Shown: positions 17,509 to 28,567 of the stretch, piece after piece
How the letters are laid out: each line of letters begins with the position of its first letter
Position numbering within the stretch: the stretch's first letter is position 1
Source: a virus
Lineage: Duplodnaviria > Caudoviricetes
DNA length: 64,000 nt
Virus record (IMG/VR): IMGVR_UViG_3300020577_009814
Location: 1-64,000 of that record
Strand: one strand, 5' to 3'
Made by a program: the position numbers and the translations under genes
The notes under the pieces: model-generated
Database searches by the model: none
Told to the model about the DNA's origin: nothing
The model's input: the letters and a program-made list of their open reading frames with translations, nothing else

Positions 17509-20500
17509 TATTCTACCTCTCGCATAGGCGTACTAAGACTTTCTTTAACTCTTAAAGATATGTTTTTAATTATAGGAGTTGTGGCAACTGTTCCTTGTCT
17601 AGTAACTTCAATACCTAGTCTTGGGGATATCCCTAAGGTTTCATATTCAACTTTTATTTGAGCTGGAGTGTCTCCAAATCTATAAAAATCTCTAGCAAAA
17701 ATTAACTCTCCATCACTATTAACATAATATTCAATTATAGGATAGTAATCTGCACTTAATCTGGTAAAGTTTGGCACTCTTAATTTAGGAACTTTACCTG
17801 TTACATAGTCAGTCATATTCCTAGTAATGGGAAAAGTTCTAGTGATAACTTCTGCTTGGCTGGCTATAGCACTGGTTGTTGCACTACTAGTATTAATAGA
17901 CCCTAAAACTGTACTAAAGAAATCTTCAGTTTGAGAGTTACTAATGTAAAGATAGTCTGCTAAGACATCTGTAAAGCCTTCTGGGCCATCTTTAAGAATT
18001 TTTATCCTACCAGTATTAGAGTCTAATACTTCATAATCAGCTCTAGAGATAGGTAAAATCCCGCCAGTAGCGCTTGAATTGTACCAATATAATTTAAGAA
18101 AAGTTCCACCTGGACCTACAATTACAGGAGCAAATTTAGTTGCAAAAACTGAATTTTGAGGAATTGTAAAAATATTTGTAGTAGTCTTGGTACTATTAAG
18201 ACCTATCTTACCTTCAGCCAAAAGTCTATTATATAGTACTTTAAGTTCTTGTCTTCTAAGAAACTCAATTACCATGTTATAGGATATAATTTGTTTTAAG
18301 GTTCTAGGCTTATTGTTCAAGGCGTCCATTCTAATGTTAGACGCCATAATTAGTGATAAACCATAGCCTTCAAGTTGACCAGGACATAAAGCTATAATCT
18401 GTTTAGAAGTTGTTGTATTCAACCAATTACTAAATCCAACATCATCTGAGACTACCTCACTTTGTTGAGTTTCAGACCCGGAGGATATATCAACTAAATT
18501 TTCCCCTAAAATTTGTCTTACTTTGCTAACATCTGGTCTACCTAAAGTATCTGGGTAAGCAGTCCATTTATCAGTAGAGATTGTAACTTTAGTGGGAATA
18601 TAGCCATCTGTATTTAAGATGTCTGAGATGATTGTACCAGAAGGAACTGCATTAGATCTAATAGCATCTTTAAGAGTACTTGAAGAAAAGCCATAAAGAG
18701 TAGCAGCATTAGGATCAAGAATTGCAGGCCATACAGAGTATCTCTCTAACCAAGAGAGTTGGGCTTTAATCTTAGGTCTTCGCAGATGCGGAGCATTGCT
18801 TAGTCTAATTTTACCTTCTCTATTAGTCCCATCAAACTCTTCAACAATTTTTCTTTCTGGAACCACATAGTATTTATCTAATGGATTATACCATCCAGAT
18901 GCAACCTCTTCAGTAGAGTAGATATATAAATACTCTCCATTAGCTGAGTTGTTAGTACTGTTTCCAATTAACCATGGGCTAATAATTGTACTTTTTTCTA
19001 AATCATTCTCAAAAGGATAAATCTTAAACTTAATTCCAGAAGTATGATATTTACCTAATTCTGCAGTGACCCAAATATTTCTGATTTCACCTGCTGTTTT
19101 GAGCGGCAAGGAAACTAAAGAACCTCTTGGGATGTGTTCCCTATATCTTAAATCAAGTTCTTTAAGTCCAATTCTATATCCAAAAACATTGTCTCCTTTT
19201 CCAGCTGAAGAGAATTGAGTAGTAATTTTATTCAACATTTTTTGCAAGGTAGGATCCAATTCAGGATCTGCTTCAATTGGTTGAATAGCTGCATTAGTAG
19301 TCTTAGCTAAAACTTCTTTCCTTATATTTCTCTGAGAGAAAGTGAATGTAAATCTTCCACTCAATACTGGTTTAGGTAGTTGAATTGTTGTAGGTCCGGT
19401 AATCCTATAGTTACAGTTAAATACCTCATCTCCAATATAAAGTACTGGATAATCAAACCAACCAGAAGCAGGGGCAGCAGTATTATTGAATACTCCTAAT
19501 TCAACTCTTCCAGACACTGCATTAATAGGAATATAGTCTATACTAGATCTACCTGCCCAGAAACTAGTTGGTTGAGACTCATCTCTAGAATAATTAATTA
19601 TCTCTCCAGCAGAATCCAACCACAAAAGCTTATGTCCCGTCTTAACATCACCAAGACCTCTAGTCAAATAAGAAAGTTGAGCTCTATTACTTTTAAGAGT
19701 AGCAACTCCAGAAACATTACTAGTGATTAAAGGAATTGTGAATGTATAGCTAGCCCATCCAGAACCTGTAGTACTAAGGTTTACTAATAAACTACTAGAG
19801 TTAACCGAACCTGAATTGACATAGGAAGCTGAGCCGTTTAATGTCCAGCCAGAAGTTGATATTAAACTAGAAATTACATTACTTTGAACTTCTGGAGCCC
19901 AGCTTATACTTAAAAGATCTAGAGGCTCTGTAACTAAGGGATCTATAAAAACTTCAGTTGCTAAAGTTGGCCTATCTAGATAATAACTAAGTAGTAGGGC
20001 AAATCCATACTGATAGTCTGCTGGTAACCAAGGGACCTGACTGCTATCTGACTTAACTGGTCCAGGTGCATAGGCTAGTGCAGTCCAAAAAGTACTTCTA
20101 CTTCCATCATTAATAGAACTAAGCTGACCAGATTCAATGTAACTAAGTAAGCTTTTTTCTACAGTTGCAGTTCCTGCAAATCCACCTAAAGATCGAATCG
20201 AAGAAAAATATCCTGTGTCCCTTAATTTGAAAACGCCTTCTTCAACATTAGAATTTAAAGGTGGGCTAGTCTTATAATACTTCTTATTAAAATCAATGCT
20301 AGAGTAATCTCCGCCTTTAATGTTAATAGCAGTAGAGGCACCTCTTTGCTGGTAAGTACTTAAGACTCTTAAAGAATTTTCAAGTTCTTTAATTCTAGAC
20401 TCTGATTCACTTAATCTAGAATTGACAAGGGTATATAGGCCATCAATATAAGAATCAGCTTTATCTACAGTTGTAAAAAGAGCTCCAAAAGTTGCAACTA

Positions 20501-20696
20501 ATTTCTTAGAAGTATTATTCCAATCAGAATCTGTTCTGATAGTTACATCAATGTTAGAGAATGAGGGTAAAGTAGGAGAGATTAAATTTGTTTGAGTTAC
20601 ATCAACTTTATCAATTGAACTAAGATCAAAGTTATTCTCATAAATAACTTTGGCCCAGGTAAAAGGTTTTAGAAAAGAATTAGTATATTCAAACAT
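17508..20696 (-). CDS. large putative virion structural protein (paralogue family A) with carbohydrate-binding-like beta domain
   Basis: Coiled coil, INDGSRSTFW segment, CBM-like WLDSAG...PINAVSGRV region, C-terminal TPIIKNISL. Confidence 0.65.
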   Translation of the reverse strand: MFEYTNSFLKPFTWAKVIYENNFDLSSIDKVDVTQTNLISPTLPSFSNIDVTIRTDSDWNNTSKKLVATFGALFTTVDKADSYIDGLYTLVNSRLSESESRIKELENSLRVLSTYQQRGASTAINIKGGDYSSIDFNKKYYKTSPPLNSNVEEGVFKLRDTGYFSSIRSLGGFAGTATVEKSLLSYIESGQLSSINDGSRSTFWTALAYAPGPVKSDSSQVPWLPADYQYGFALLLSYYLDRPTLATEVFIDPLVTEPLDLLSISWAPEVQSNVISSLISTSGWTLNGSASYVNSGSVNSSSLLVNLSTTGSGWASYTFTIPLITSNVSGVATLKSNRAQLSYLTRGLGDVKTGHKLLWLDSAGEIINYSRDESQPTSFWAGRSSIDYIPINAVSGRVELGVFNNTAAPASGWFDYPVLYIGDEVFNCNYRITGPTTIQLPKPVLSGRFTFTFSQRNIRKEVLAKTTNAAIQPIEADPELDPTLQKMLNKITTQFSSAGKGDNVFGYRIGLKELDLRYREHIPRGSLVSLPLKTAGEIRNIWVTAELGKYHTSGIKFKIYPFENDLEKSTIISPWLIGNSTNNSANGEYLYIYSTEEVASGWYNPLDKYYVVPERKIVEEFDGTNREGKIRLSNAPHLRRPKIKAQLSWLERYSVWPAILDPNAATLYGFSSSTLKDAIRSNAVPSGTIISDILNTDGYIPTKVTISTDKWTAYPDTLGRPDVSKVRQILGENLVDISSGSETQQSEVVSDDVGFSNWLNTTTSKQIIALCPGQLEGYGLSLIMASNIRMDALNNKPRTLKQIISYNMVIEFLRRQELKVLYNRLLAEGKIGLNSTKTTTNIFTIPQNSVFATKFAPVIVGPGGTFLKLYWYNSSATGGILPISRADYEVLDSNTGRIKILKDGPEGFTDVLADYLYISNSQTEDFFSTVLGSINTSSATTSAIASQAEVITRTFPITRNMTDYVTGKVPKLRVPNFTRLSADYYPIIEYYVNSDGELIFARDFYRFGDTPAQIKVEYETLGISPRLGIEVTRQGTVATTPIIKNISLRVKESLSTPMREVE

Positions 20697-22084
20697 TAGG
20701 TTGAACTTGTTGTGTTAGTAAAGGTAATTAAACCACTGGGGCCTATTTTACAATACATAAGTCTAAGATTTATATCAAATTGAGTATCTGCCACTGCTAG
20801 GTTTCTAGCAGTTATTGCTGAACTGTTAGAATTTATTGTAAGCCATCTTCGATCTTGGCCATTAGGAACATATGCTGACCATACTCCTGCATATCCAGGC
20901 CCACTAACAGCAGTAGAGGGATCTGTAACTGCGATTATGTCTGTCCAAGTAGAGCCATTTACAGAAGAAGCTAGCGTAATTGTAGAACTAACTACCTTCA
21001 ATTTAATATAATTACTTCTAACAGGAGTAAGATTAATAAAAGGTGTGATGGCACTTGCTGAGCCAGAACAGCCAGGCTCTGAAGGATTTACATAGGACCA
21101 GTCAGCTGAGGTGGCAACTGTACCTCCTGAAGAAGCTATATTCCAACTTGAAACTCTAAAGATTCTTGCAGTAGCTCCAGAAGCTGGGAAGTTGCCACCT
21201 ACATAATCTCCAATTGAGAGCCCATAGAAACTAGCTGAGTTTGGAGTGCCAGACATCCTAACTGCAATGCCACCTCGATTAGTAATCTCTGTTACTCCGG
21301 TAGATGGATCATATAGATTAAAATCTTTTATAATTATTTCTGAATCGGTAGAGGCATTTAATTTTGTTGCTTTATAGGTCCATGCAGCTCCACCTGTAAT
21401 TCTTTGGCTAACAATAAACAAAGGTCCGTCTGAACTTTCTTTATAAAAAGAGTTAGAACTTTTTCCACCAAAGTCAGTTCGCCACTGAGAGAGAGCCATG
21501 TCTGTAAGATTATCTATCCAGGCTTGGGTCCTAATTGAGGTAGGAATTAAGTTTTTTAAGACTACATGGTATTTGTATACTCTACCAGAAACAGGTTCCA
21601 CTGAGCCATAGGCATAGGTATCATCTACTAGATCAAAGAAGGGGTCAAAAGCTTGGTTTCTATTAGCCCAATATCCTTTAACATTAGCTGCAGTTACTGA
21701 AGTTGGTTTAATATATATAGTATGGCCTAAAGAAAATCCATGGTCAGCAAAAGGAGTATTTCCATAAGCCGAAGGAACAGTTAAAGTAAAGCTAGTAGTA
21801 CCTGTGACTGTGCCAGTATATGTAGTAGATCCTAGCAAAACATCTGTACCAAAGCTTGATGCAGGATTATTAGTTCCTAGAATAGGATTTCCATATTGAG
21901 CTGTATTTAATAAGTAAGCTTCAATATTTTGACAAGCCCCAAAATAATGGTTCCAATGAGCAGCCTTAATCAAAGCTTCAGCTGGTTGATCTTCTGCTGG
22001 AAGACTACCATCAAAACTCTGTTTAATTACAAAATTATCTGCGCTTACTGGAAATGTAGAATCAGATCTATAGCTATGTGCCAA
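20696..22084 (-). CDS. putative tail fibre / receptor-binding protein
   Basis: N-terminal STFP...D.F...IKAAHWN attachment-like motif; Ser/Thr-rich; ConA/LamG-like C-terminal half (GGIAVRMSG, IKLKVVSSTIT, GYAGVW). Confidence 0.55.
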   Translation of the reverse strand: MAHSYRSDSTFPVSADNFVIKQSFDGSLPAEDQPAEALIKAAHWNHYFGACQNIEAYLLNTAQYGNPILGTNNPASSFGTDVLLGSTTYTGTVTGTTSFTLTVPSAYGNTPFADHGFSLGHTIYIKPTSVTAANVKGYWANRNQAFDPFFDLVDDTYAYGSVEPVSGRVYKYHVVLKNLIPTSIRTQAWIDNLTDMALSQWRTDFGGKSSNSFYKESSDGPLFIVSQRITGGAAWTYKATKLNASTDSEIIIKDFNLYDPSTGVTEITNRGGIAVRMSGTPNSASFYGLSIGDYVGGNFPASGATARIFRVSSWNIASSGGTVATSADWSYVNPSEPGCSGSASAITPFINLTPVRSNYIKLKVVSSTITLASSVNGSTWTDIIAVTDPSTAVSGPGYAGVWSAYVPNGQDRRWLTINSNSSAITARNLAVADTQFDINLRLMYCKIGPSGLITFTNTTSST

Positions 22085-23249
22085 AATTGTATCTCCCTAA
22101 AGCAAAGATTTTAATTGTTAAATCTCCACTTGGTATAGTTCCAAAACTATCAACTTGAATTGCCCTATCGTATCCAGGAATATCAATAAAAGTTAAATTA
22201 GTAGTTGTAGAAGTTGAAATTGGATCTTTAGTTGATGCCATAAATGATAGATGATATCCAGTAGTCCCATAATAATTTTCACTATAACTAAAGTTAGGTT
22301 GAACATATAGTGGAGTTACTACGCTTCCAGATGTGACCCATCCAATAGCACTAATGGTCACAAATTTAATCATCTTATTAGTTTCTGGAAAAATTAAATT
22401 GGACCTAGCAGATGTTGTGATTCCTGTAGTTGATGCTCCAGTTATACTAGTTCCAATTGAATTATAGAATCGTTGGTAACTTAGTACTCCTGTAACTGGA
22501 GTTGTGATTGTTCCAGTTACAGATATAGTTGTAGCAAACATTTTTTCTTGAGAACCTTTGACAAAAATAGGATTATTATTAACCGGAACAGCTAAAGCCA
22601 CTTGTTCCATATTAAAAATAGCATCTCCTAGTTTATTAATATCTTCAGCTCTAATTTGACTAGTGATTGAAGTACCATTAGTTTTATATTCAATATTAGA
22701 ATTAGGGCCAACATCATATAGAGTATTATTTCTTTTACCAAACTTAGATCTAGACCCAGTCAAATATCCAGTTGTAGTATAATACAATCTAATACTTACA
22801 TAATCAATGCTATATTTAACATTATTAGAACCAGAAGGAGTTATTAATAATCCAAAGTAAGTGCCTGATGCTTCATATCTTTTTAAGTCTGAATTCCAGA
22901 GATCTCCACTTGCTCCTAGTGTTTGGGTAACTGCAGTAGGAGTTAAAGTAGCGGTAATCTTAGAATCAGATATTATTGCTAGGGAAGTATCTCGAACAAG
23001 TTGAACGGTTAGAACTGGTGTTCCAGAGCCTGCTGTAACAAAAGCATTAATATTTACTTCAATTCCAGTAATTGAAATGTCTTTTGGAATAGTAGGAGTA
23101 AAATTATAAAGATAGATTGGAGCTAAAGTAACGCCAGATGCTAGAGTAGCATAAGTACTATCCAAACTACTTGTATTTGCAGTACCATTCCATTGACCAG
23201 GTCCGCTAATATTAGTTCCAGCAATAGCTGTTAGATCAATATATGCCAT
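22074..23249 (-). CDS. putative tail fibre-associated protein (Thr/Ser-rich)
   Basis: Beta-rich, internal IRAEDINKLGDAIFNME motif related to neighbours. Confidence 0.55.
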   Translation of the reverse strand: MAYIDLTAIAGTNISGPGQWNGTANTSSLDSTYATLASGVTLAPIYLYNFTPTIPKDISITGIEVNINAFVTAGSGTPVLTVQLVRDTSLAIISDSKITATLTPTAVTQTLGASGDLWNSDLKRYEASGTYFGLLITPSGSNNVKYSIDYVSIRLYYTTTGYLTGSRSKFGKRNNTLYDVGPNSNIEYKTNGTSITSQIRAEDINKLGDAIFNMEQVALAVPVNNNPIFVKGSQEKMFATTISVTGTITTPVTGVLSYQRFYNSIGTSITGASTTGITTSARSNLIFPETNKMIKFVTISAIGWVTSGSVVTPLYVQPNFSYSENYYGTTGYHLSFMASTKDPISTSTTTNLTFIDIPGYDRAIQVDSFGTIPSGDLTIKIFALGRYNFGT

Positions 23250-23923
23250 TAAATAACACCTGTAATTGAGCAGACTATTTCAAGATCTGCAATGTTAGTC
23301 CATAGGGCTGGCATATTACTCACTCCAGATGTTGAAGTATTTACAGTAGGTAAAGTTGTATCTATAATTACACCTTGAATAAGTAAAGTATTGGATCCTA
23401 AAATACAATTAGAGTTTATAAAAAATCTATTTAATACATAGTTATTTGCTCCAATAACTCCTAATCTATGAACTTCTGCAGTAACTAAAGGATATAAACT
23501 ATAATCATTTGCTTGGCCTAGGATAGTATTTAACTGGCCAGCAGATGCTTGAATTATACCTAATAAGTTTTTCTGACCTGGTGGGTTGTATACATCTGTA
23601 GACTCTGTTAATACAAATTGAAAAGGTAGGACATTACTTCTAGGCATTCTACTAAATGCTTTTGCATGATTAGCTACTGAAGTAAACAAAGCCTCAAAAC
23701 TTACTGAGAAAGTGTAGGAATATCCTATACCTGTAATTGAACCATCACTACTAGCAGAGGTACCTCCAATCAAAGGTTGAACTTTTCCAATAAAGTTTCT
23801 TATTTTATTATGATGAGATGCATCTAAGATGTACGCATCCGAATCTCCACTCCCAGAATAATCCTGGACAACTGGAAAGATATCTAAACCTTGTGGAAAT
23901 ATAATTGACTCATTAATAGGCAT
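23249..23923 (-). CDS. putative tail fibre-associated protein
   Basis: N-terminal IFPQGLDIF...LDASHHNKIRNFIGKVQ motif related to 20696..22084. Confidence 0.55.
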   Translation of the reverse strand: MPINESIIFPQGLDIFPVVQDYSGSGDSDAYILDASHHNKIRNFIGKVQPLIGGTSASSDGSITGIGYSYTFSVSFEALFTSVANHAKAFSRMPRSNVLPFQFVLTESTDVYNPPGQKNLLGIIQASAGQLNTILGQANDYSLYPLVTAEVHRLGVIGANNYVLNRFFINSNCILGSNTLLIQGVIIDTTLPTVNTSTSGVSNMPALWTNIADLEIVCSITGVI

Positions 23924-23929
23924 AATAGT

Positions 23930-25525
23930 TTATACAGTGGTATACACAATTCTAAAATCAACTGAAGGAAGCATGCTAGCTTTTACAATTTCATAAATCT
24001 CTTCAGCTGTAAATGTCTCTGGATTAGTATCTTCTGGGTCAGTTTTAAGAATAGAAGAATCAATTTGAACTTCTACAACTCCACCTTCTTTAAGAGCAGC
24101 TCCAGACCAGGTTGCCATATCCCAGTAACCTCTAACCGTATCAGTTTGACCTTGACTTTCAACTACCTCAAGTGGATAATCTTCTGGAACTCCACCACCT
24201 CTAATTCTGGTATCTGCATAGGCTACTGAATTAACACTAGCTGGAGCAGCTAGTACTACCCTAGCTAAAGGAAGCATAGTAGGGACTATCCTTGAAAAAA
24301 TATCTGTTTCAAAAGTACCATACTCATCATAATAGTTCATTCCAAAGACTGCATGGCCCCAAGTAGATTTAACTGAAGTTCCGGTGATTCTAGAATCCAG
24401 TTGTTCAAGTCTTTCTCCTGAAACAATGTGTCTTATAAAATGAGTTTCACCATGCTCACATGCTCGAACAAATTTTAAAGTTACTTTTCCAACATGAGTA
24501 CCAGTGGAAGGAATAGCTGGTTCAAAAGAGTACTTCATATATGCACTTGGAATAGCATATATTGTTACTTGATTTAATAAGGCATTAGCTGAGTTGTTTA
24601 AAGATCTAGTTTGGTCATTTCCAATCCAGTGCCCATACTCACAGTTTGCATCAAAAGAGTACCAAGTATTGGTAGAATCTCTAAAACCTGAATAAGTATA
24701 GAGATCATTTCTTCCAAGGTATTCTACTAAGATGTGATCATCAGGCAAGAGACTTTTACTGAGTGTAATGGTCTTTAAAACTGGATCAAGATTTTTAACA
24801 TAGGAGTGTTGCGTAGCTCCAGTATAATTTAAGTCTCCAGAGTATTGTTTAGATCCATTAATATATATATTTTTAATTAGATCTATCGGACCTTTATAAG
24901 CTATTTGATTGGCTTTTATTAAAGAACATACTTCTTGATGTAATTTATACTTAAATCCACTACTGAATGGTGTGGTTGAGATAGTCTCTTCAGTTCCATA
25001 TCTATACTCTGGGACTGCATAAATTAGCCAAAGCTGATCACCTTCTTGGGCTCCCGATAATTTAATCCAACCAGTAGCTGAATCCATTGAAGACACAACA
25101 TACTTTCTCCAAACTGTACCAGGTTGAATTAAAGGGTACCAGTTGTTTCCGGTAGTTTGGTTTAATCCAACTACTTTAATTGGGGTATGTAGAATCTTAA
25201 GATTGATCTCTTCATCATCAGCTTGAAAAGTATGCCTATAAGGACCATAACTTGCTAAACCTGTAGGAGAAAATCTTCCACCAACAGTTAAAGGATCAAT
25301 ATTTGTAACTAGGTCTAAAGTCTTGTTAGCAACACCTTCTGAAAAGACTAAAACATCATCAGCTAAATGGCCATAGTTTTCATTAGCATACCTATCCGCA
25401 GCCAAAGAAGCTATACTTGTGTCTGCTTCCAGGTATGGAGCCGCAATAAAAGCAAGTCCAACACTCTCCAACTCTGGAGGCATAGTAGGTCCAAATATTA
25501 AATTAAGTTCATTTTTATTAGACAT
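23930..25525 (-). CDS. putative virion/baseplate structural protein
   Basis: Position in structural operon; conserved-looking C-terminal DTRIRGGG...GYWD segment. Confidence 0.55.
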   Translation of the reverse strand: MSNKNELNLIFGPTMPPELESVGLAFIAAPYLEADTSIASLAADRYANENYGHLADDVLVFSEGVANKTLDLVTNIDPLTVGGRFSPTGLASYGPYRHTFQADDEEINLKILHTPIKVVGLNQTTGNNWYPLIQPGTVWRKYVVSSMDSATGWIKLSGAQEGDQLWLIYAVPEYRYGTEETISTTPFSSGFKYKLHQEVCSLIKANQIAYKGPIDLIKNIYINGSKQYSGDLNYTGATQHSYVKNLDPVLKTITLSKSLLPDDHILVEYLGRNDLYTYSGFRDSTNTWYSFDANCEYGHWIGNDQTRSLNNSANALLNQVTIYAIPSAYMKYSFEPAIPSTGTHVGKVTLKFVRACEHGETHFIRHIVSGERLEQLDSRITGTSVKSTWGHAVFGMNYYDEYGTFETDIFSRIVPTMLPLARVVLAAPASVNSVAYADTRIRGGGVPEDYPLEVVESQGQTDTVRGYWDMATWSGAALKEGGVVEVQIDSSILKTDPEDTNPETFTAEEIYEIVKASMLPSVDFRIVYTTV

Positions 25526-27269
25526 CGTTATTAGGTGTTCCGTCTAAGACTATACTTTGAGCTTCCCCACTAGTAGCTGCAATTTCATCATTTGGTTGGC
25601 CTCTATAGCCTATCTCCACAACTCCACCTATATTAGTTGGAGAGGTATCTTGATCAACTGTTAGATCTATACTCTTACTAAAGCTAAGATTATTAATTGA
25701 GAACTCTGATGCTTTAGTAGATTTCAAAGTTATTTTTTTAGTGCCTGAAGCTGACCTTGGAATTCCATCTAAATTAGTGGCATTTAAATAAGTCCTATTG
25801 GCATAATTATTTAAAGTATCATCAGTTATAAGTACGTTTACAAAACCATCTAGCCATTTCCCGCTACTAACCATATTAGTAAAAGTTAAGACATTAGAGG
25901 TAGCTGTAGCAGTAAAAGAACCTAAGGTACTTGATGCAGTAAAAGTATAGGTACCTGATGCTGGAGCAAATAGGACATGTAGTTCACCTTTTCCATTGGT
26001 TAAATAGCTTGCACCAGTAGCTGTAGATGTAGCAGCTAAAACTGAAGCTGTAGGAGTGTAACCAATTGTAAGCGGATAGTTTGGTAAAGGCAATCCATTA
26101 TCTCCATAAGCATACAAACTCATATGAAGATATTCATTCCAGTCTCCACATACTTCAGTTTTATCTAAATAAACTTTTAAACTACTAGGAGTCCAATAGT
26201 TTGTAATTCCTGAGAGTGGGTTAGAGTGGAATAAGAAACCAGACCTAAAACTATCTGAGTATAGAGGATTAAAGTTTAGATTTTGGACAATTGGTAAAGC
26301 TAAAGTTGCTTCAGGAATTAACTCAGGTAGACTTGTTTCATGGTTAATTATGAAATTATCTCCAGAAGATGGAGAGGTTACATAGTATTGAAGATTTCTG
26401 TGATCCTTAAGAATATAAGATTTAGTAATATAATATTCTAAGCCTACCCAATCTCCAACAACCACACCAGTCAAAGCATGAGTAAAGTATGTTCCACCAG
26501 TTACTTTACCAGTATATGAAGTAGTTTGATTACCCTTAAATACTGTAATTTGTTCTATATTTCTATAACTAGCCTTAACTCCACTAACACTTTGAGTTAC
26601 TACTTCTCGCATTTTTAGTTGCGGACTATAATAAATAATATCAGCCCAACAACTGGGAGCAAGATTTATTTTAGGTTTTACCCAAACTCTATTATTTGTA
26701 TAATCGTAATAGTATAGCTTCTCTGAAAGTAGTTGCCCAGTAGATGCTACTGAACCCATAGCAAGATTAGTTAAATCTCGCATCCCAATCAAGACTGAGC
26801 TAGAAGGTAAAGCTGCTGTATAAAGATTCCCAGAACTAACCCATGAAAGACTTATTCCTGGCCAAAAGGCATTATTATGTAAGACATAAGGCTCATAGTT
26901 TTGAGTAGATCCAGAGCTAACATAGCTATTAACCAATACTGGGCCCCAGGCTGGTCTCCAGGAGACTGAATTAGTTATGGTACCAGATACTGCATTAGAT
27001 ACTGTAAAGCCTGGCTGAGCAGCAAGTACAGTACCAGAAGTAGCAGCAATAGAAGCTACGCCTTTGTAGATATAATTGTACTGCTCTATATTGTCATGAT
27101 AAAACCATCCAGAGTTAACAAAGCCAATCCATTTACCTCCATCCCCAACTCCTAGAGAAAACCTAAGATCATTCTGATCTCCAACTCCAGGAGCAGGATA
27201 AGTAATATTTTCTAACCAATTAGGTAATAGATTTTTTAACCATTGCGGCCATTGATTTTTTTCAAGCAT
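25518..27269 (-). CDS. putative virion/baseplate protein with Ig-like segment
   Basis: LLPNW N-terminal motif like its neighbour; Ig-like YGDNGLPLPNYPLT...TNGKGE segment; Ser/Thr-rich. Confidence 0.55.
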   Translation of the reverse strand: MLEKNQWPQWLKNLLPNWLENITYPAPGVGDQNDLRFSLGVGDGGKWIGFVNSGWFYHDNIEQYNYIYKGVASIAATSGTVLAAQPGFTVSNAVSGTITNSVSWRPAWGPVLVNSYVSSGSTQNYEPYVLHNNAFWPGISLSWVSSGNLYTAALPSSSVLIGMRDLTNLAMGSVASTGQLLSEKLYYYDYTNNRVWVKPKINLAPSCWADIIYYSPQLKMREVVTQSVSGVKASYRNIEQITVFKGNQTTSYTGKVTGGTYFTHALTGVVVGDWVGLEYYITKSYILKDHRNLQYYVTSPSSGDNFIINHETSLPELIPEATLALPIVQNLNFNPLYSDSFRSGFLFHSNPLSGITNYWTPSSLKVYLDKTEVCGDWNEYLHMSLYAYGDNGLPLPNYPLTIGYTPTASVLAATSTATGASYLTNGKGELHVLFAPASGTYTFTASSTLGSFTATATSNVLTFTNMVSSGKWLDGFVNVLITDDTLNNYANRTYLNATNLDGIPRSASGTKKITLKSTKASEFSINNLSFSKSIDLTVDQDTSPTNIGGVVEIGYRGQPNDEIAATSGEAQSIVLDGTPNNDV

Positions 27270-27271
27270 TA

Positions 27272-28567
27272 TTATCCTTCAAAGATGGCACTTTCTCCAA
27301 CCTGTTCAGCGCCTACATTCCATTTAGGGCTTTTAATCTTATCAGTTTTGTTTATAATCTTTACATTTTTAGTAGTAAAGACTAAGAAATTTTCTCTAAG
27401 CTCAGTTTGGTTAGCTGTAACTTGACCTGAACTATTTAGAGTTTTAGTATACGTTTTTATTCTATAGTTAGCTTCTAGAACATTTTCATTGCTATTTAAC
27501 AAGCTACTAGTCAAAGGGGTTATAACATTTCCAGTAACACTATACGCTTCTGAAGGTAATACTCTTCCATTAAGAATTAGGGTTAATGAAGAAGCTACTG
27601 CTGAAGTTAATAAAAATTGATTATTATACTTTATAGGGTTCTCTTTAATATTAAGATACTCAGGTAATTCAGGCAGTTGAATAGTGTAGAACCCTGAAGA
27701 GTTTAAATTTAAACTAGTAGTAGTATCCCAATAATAAATAGCTCCTTTACCTAACGCTGATGCTATTCTTTCTTGAGGCTTATTTGCTAGGCTTTGGTAT
27801 TGACATCTTGCTTTAAGTTTAAGATTAGATTCTCTTTTGTTTCTATTGAGTTGAAATAGATTAGCATAAGAATCCCAATCATTAGGGTAGTTAATAGGAA
27901 TTAAGCTAACTCTCTCTGAATTAACAAGAACGTAGCTAGTATCAGCTAATAGCTTAAGATATCTATCTTGACATTCATAGTTAATCAAATACTCAACTTG
28001 ATCATCTCCAGTGTAGATTTGATTTGATTGAGCTAATATATCATCTTGATCAAGGCGGACTCTATCTCCTAAGGAATTTTCAATAAGAATATAAGAATCC
28101 TCTACAATGCCAGATGCTACTGCAGTAGCTAAACTTACATAGGCAGATGCAGAATAGGCCAAGTATGTGTGGTTAGCTATATTTTTAAGGTAAATACTGC
28201 CAGAGTCTAGATAGTAAACTGGATCTTTATCTTCAGCCAAAAAGGACCCAAAACTATCTTTTTGAGTTACTCCAATTTCTACTCCAGAATGATTAACTAC
28301 AATATCATTGGCTAAAATATTTTTTGGTTTATATTTAGCTACAAAACAAAGTCTATTACTAGAAGTTAAACCATAGAACTTAGGAACTAAACTTCTAGTT
28401 TTTTCAAATAATTCTTCCCTCTGAGAGACTAAGGCTAAATAGTGAAACTGTCTATAAAATCCATTAGTATAGTAAGGCTCCATCCAACGAGGAAGCCATT
28501 CCATCGTATTAATACGCTGGAACTGAGTAGAATAGGATGGAGCCAACTCAGTAGAACTAATAGCCAA
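27272..28567 (-). CDS. putative baseplate wedge protein (paralogue of 31250..32686)
   Basis: WLPRWM motif; WDSYANLFQLNRNKRESN..LKAR resembles the wedge D..G..L.L.R..GE.N motif; TTG start. Confidence 0.55.
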   Translation of the reverse strand: MAISSTELAPSYSTQFQRINTMEWLPRWMEPYYTNGFYRQFHYLALVSQREELFEKTRSLVPKFYGLTSSNRLCFVAKYKPKNILANDIVVNHSGVEIGVTQKDSFGSFLAEDKDPVYYLDSGSIYLKNIANHTYLAYSASAYVSLATAVASGIVEDSYILIENSLGDRVRLDQDDILAQSNQIYTGDDQVEYLINYECQDRYLKLLADTSYVLVNSERVSLIPINYPNDWDSYANLFQLNRNKRESNLKLKARCQYQSLANKPQERIASALGKGAIYYWDTTTSLNLNSSGFYTIQLPELPEYLNIKENPIKYNNQFLLTSAVASSLTLILNGRVLPSEAYSVTGNVITPLTSSLLNSNENVLEANYRIKTYTKTLNSSGQVTANQTELRENFLVFTTKNVKIINKTDKIKSPKWNVGAEQVGESAIFEG

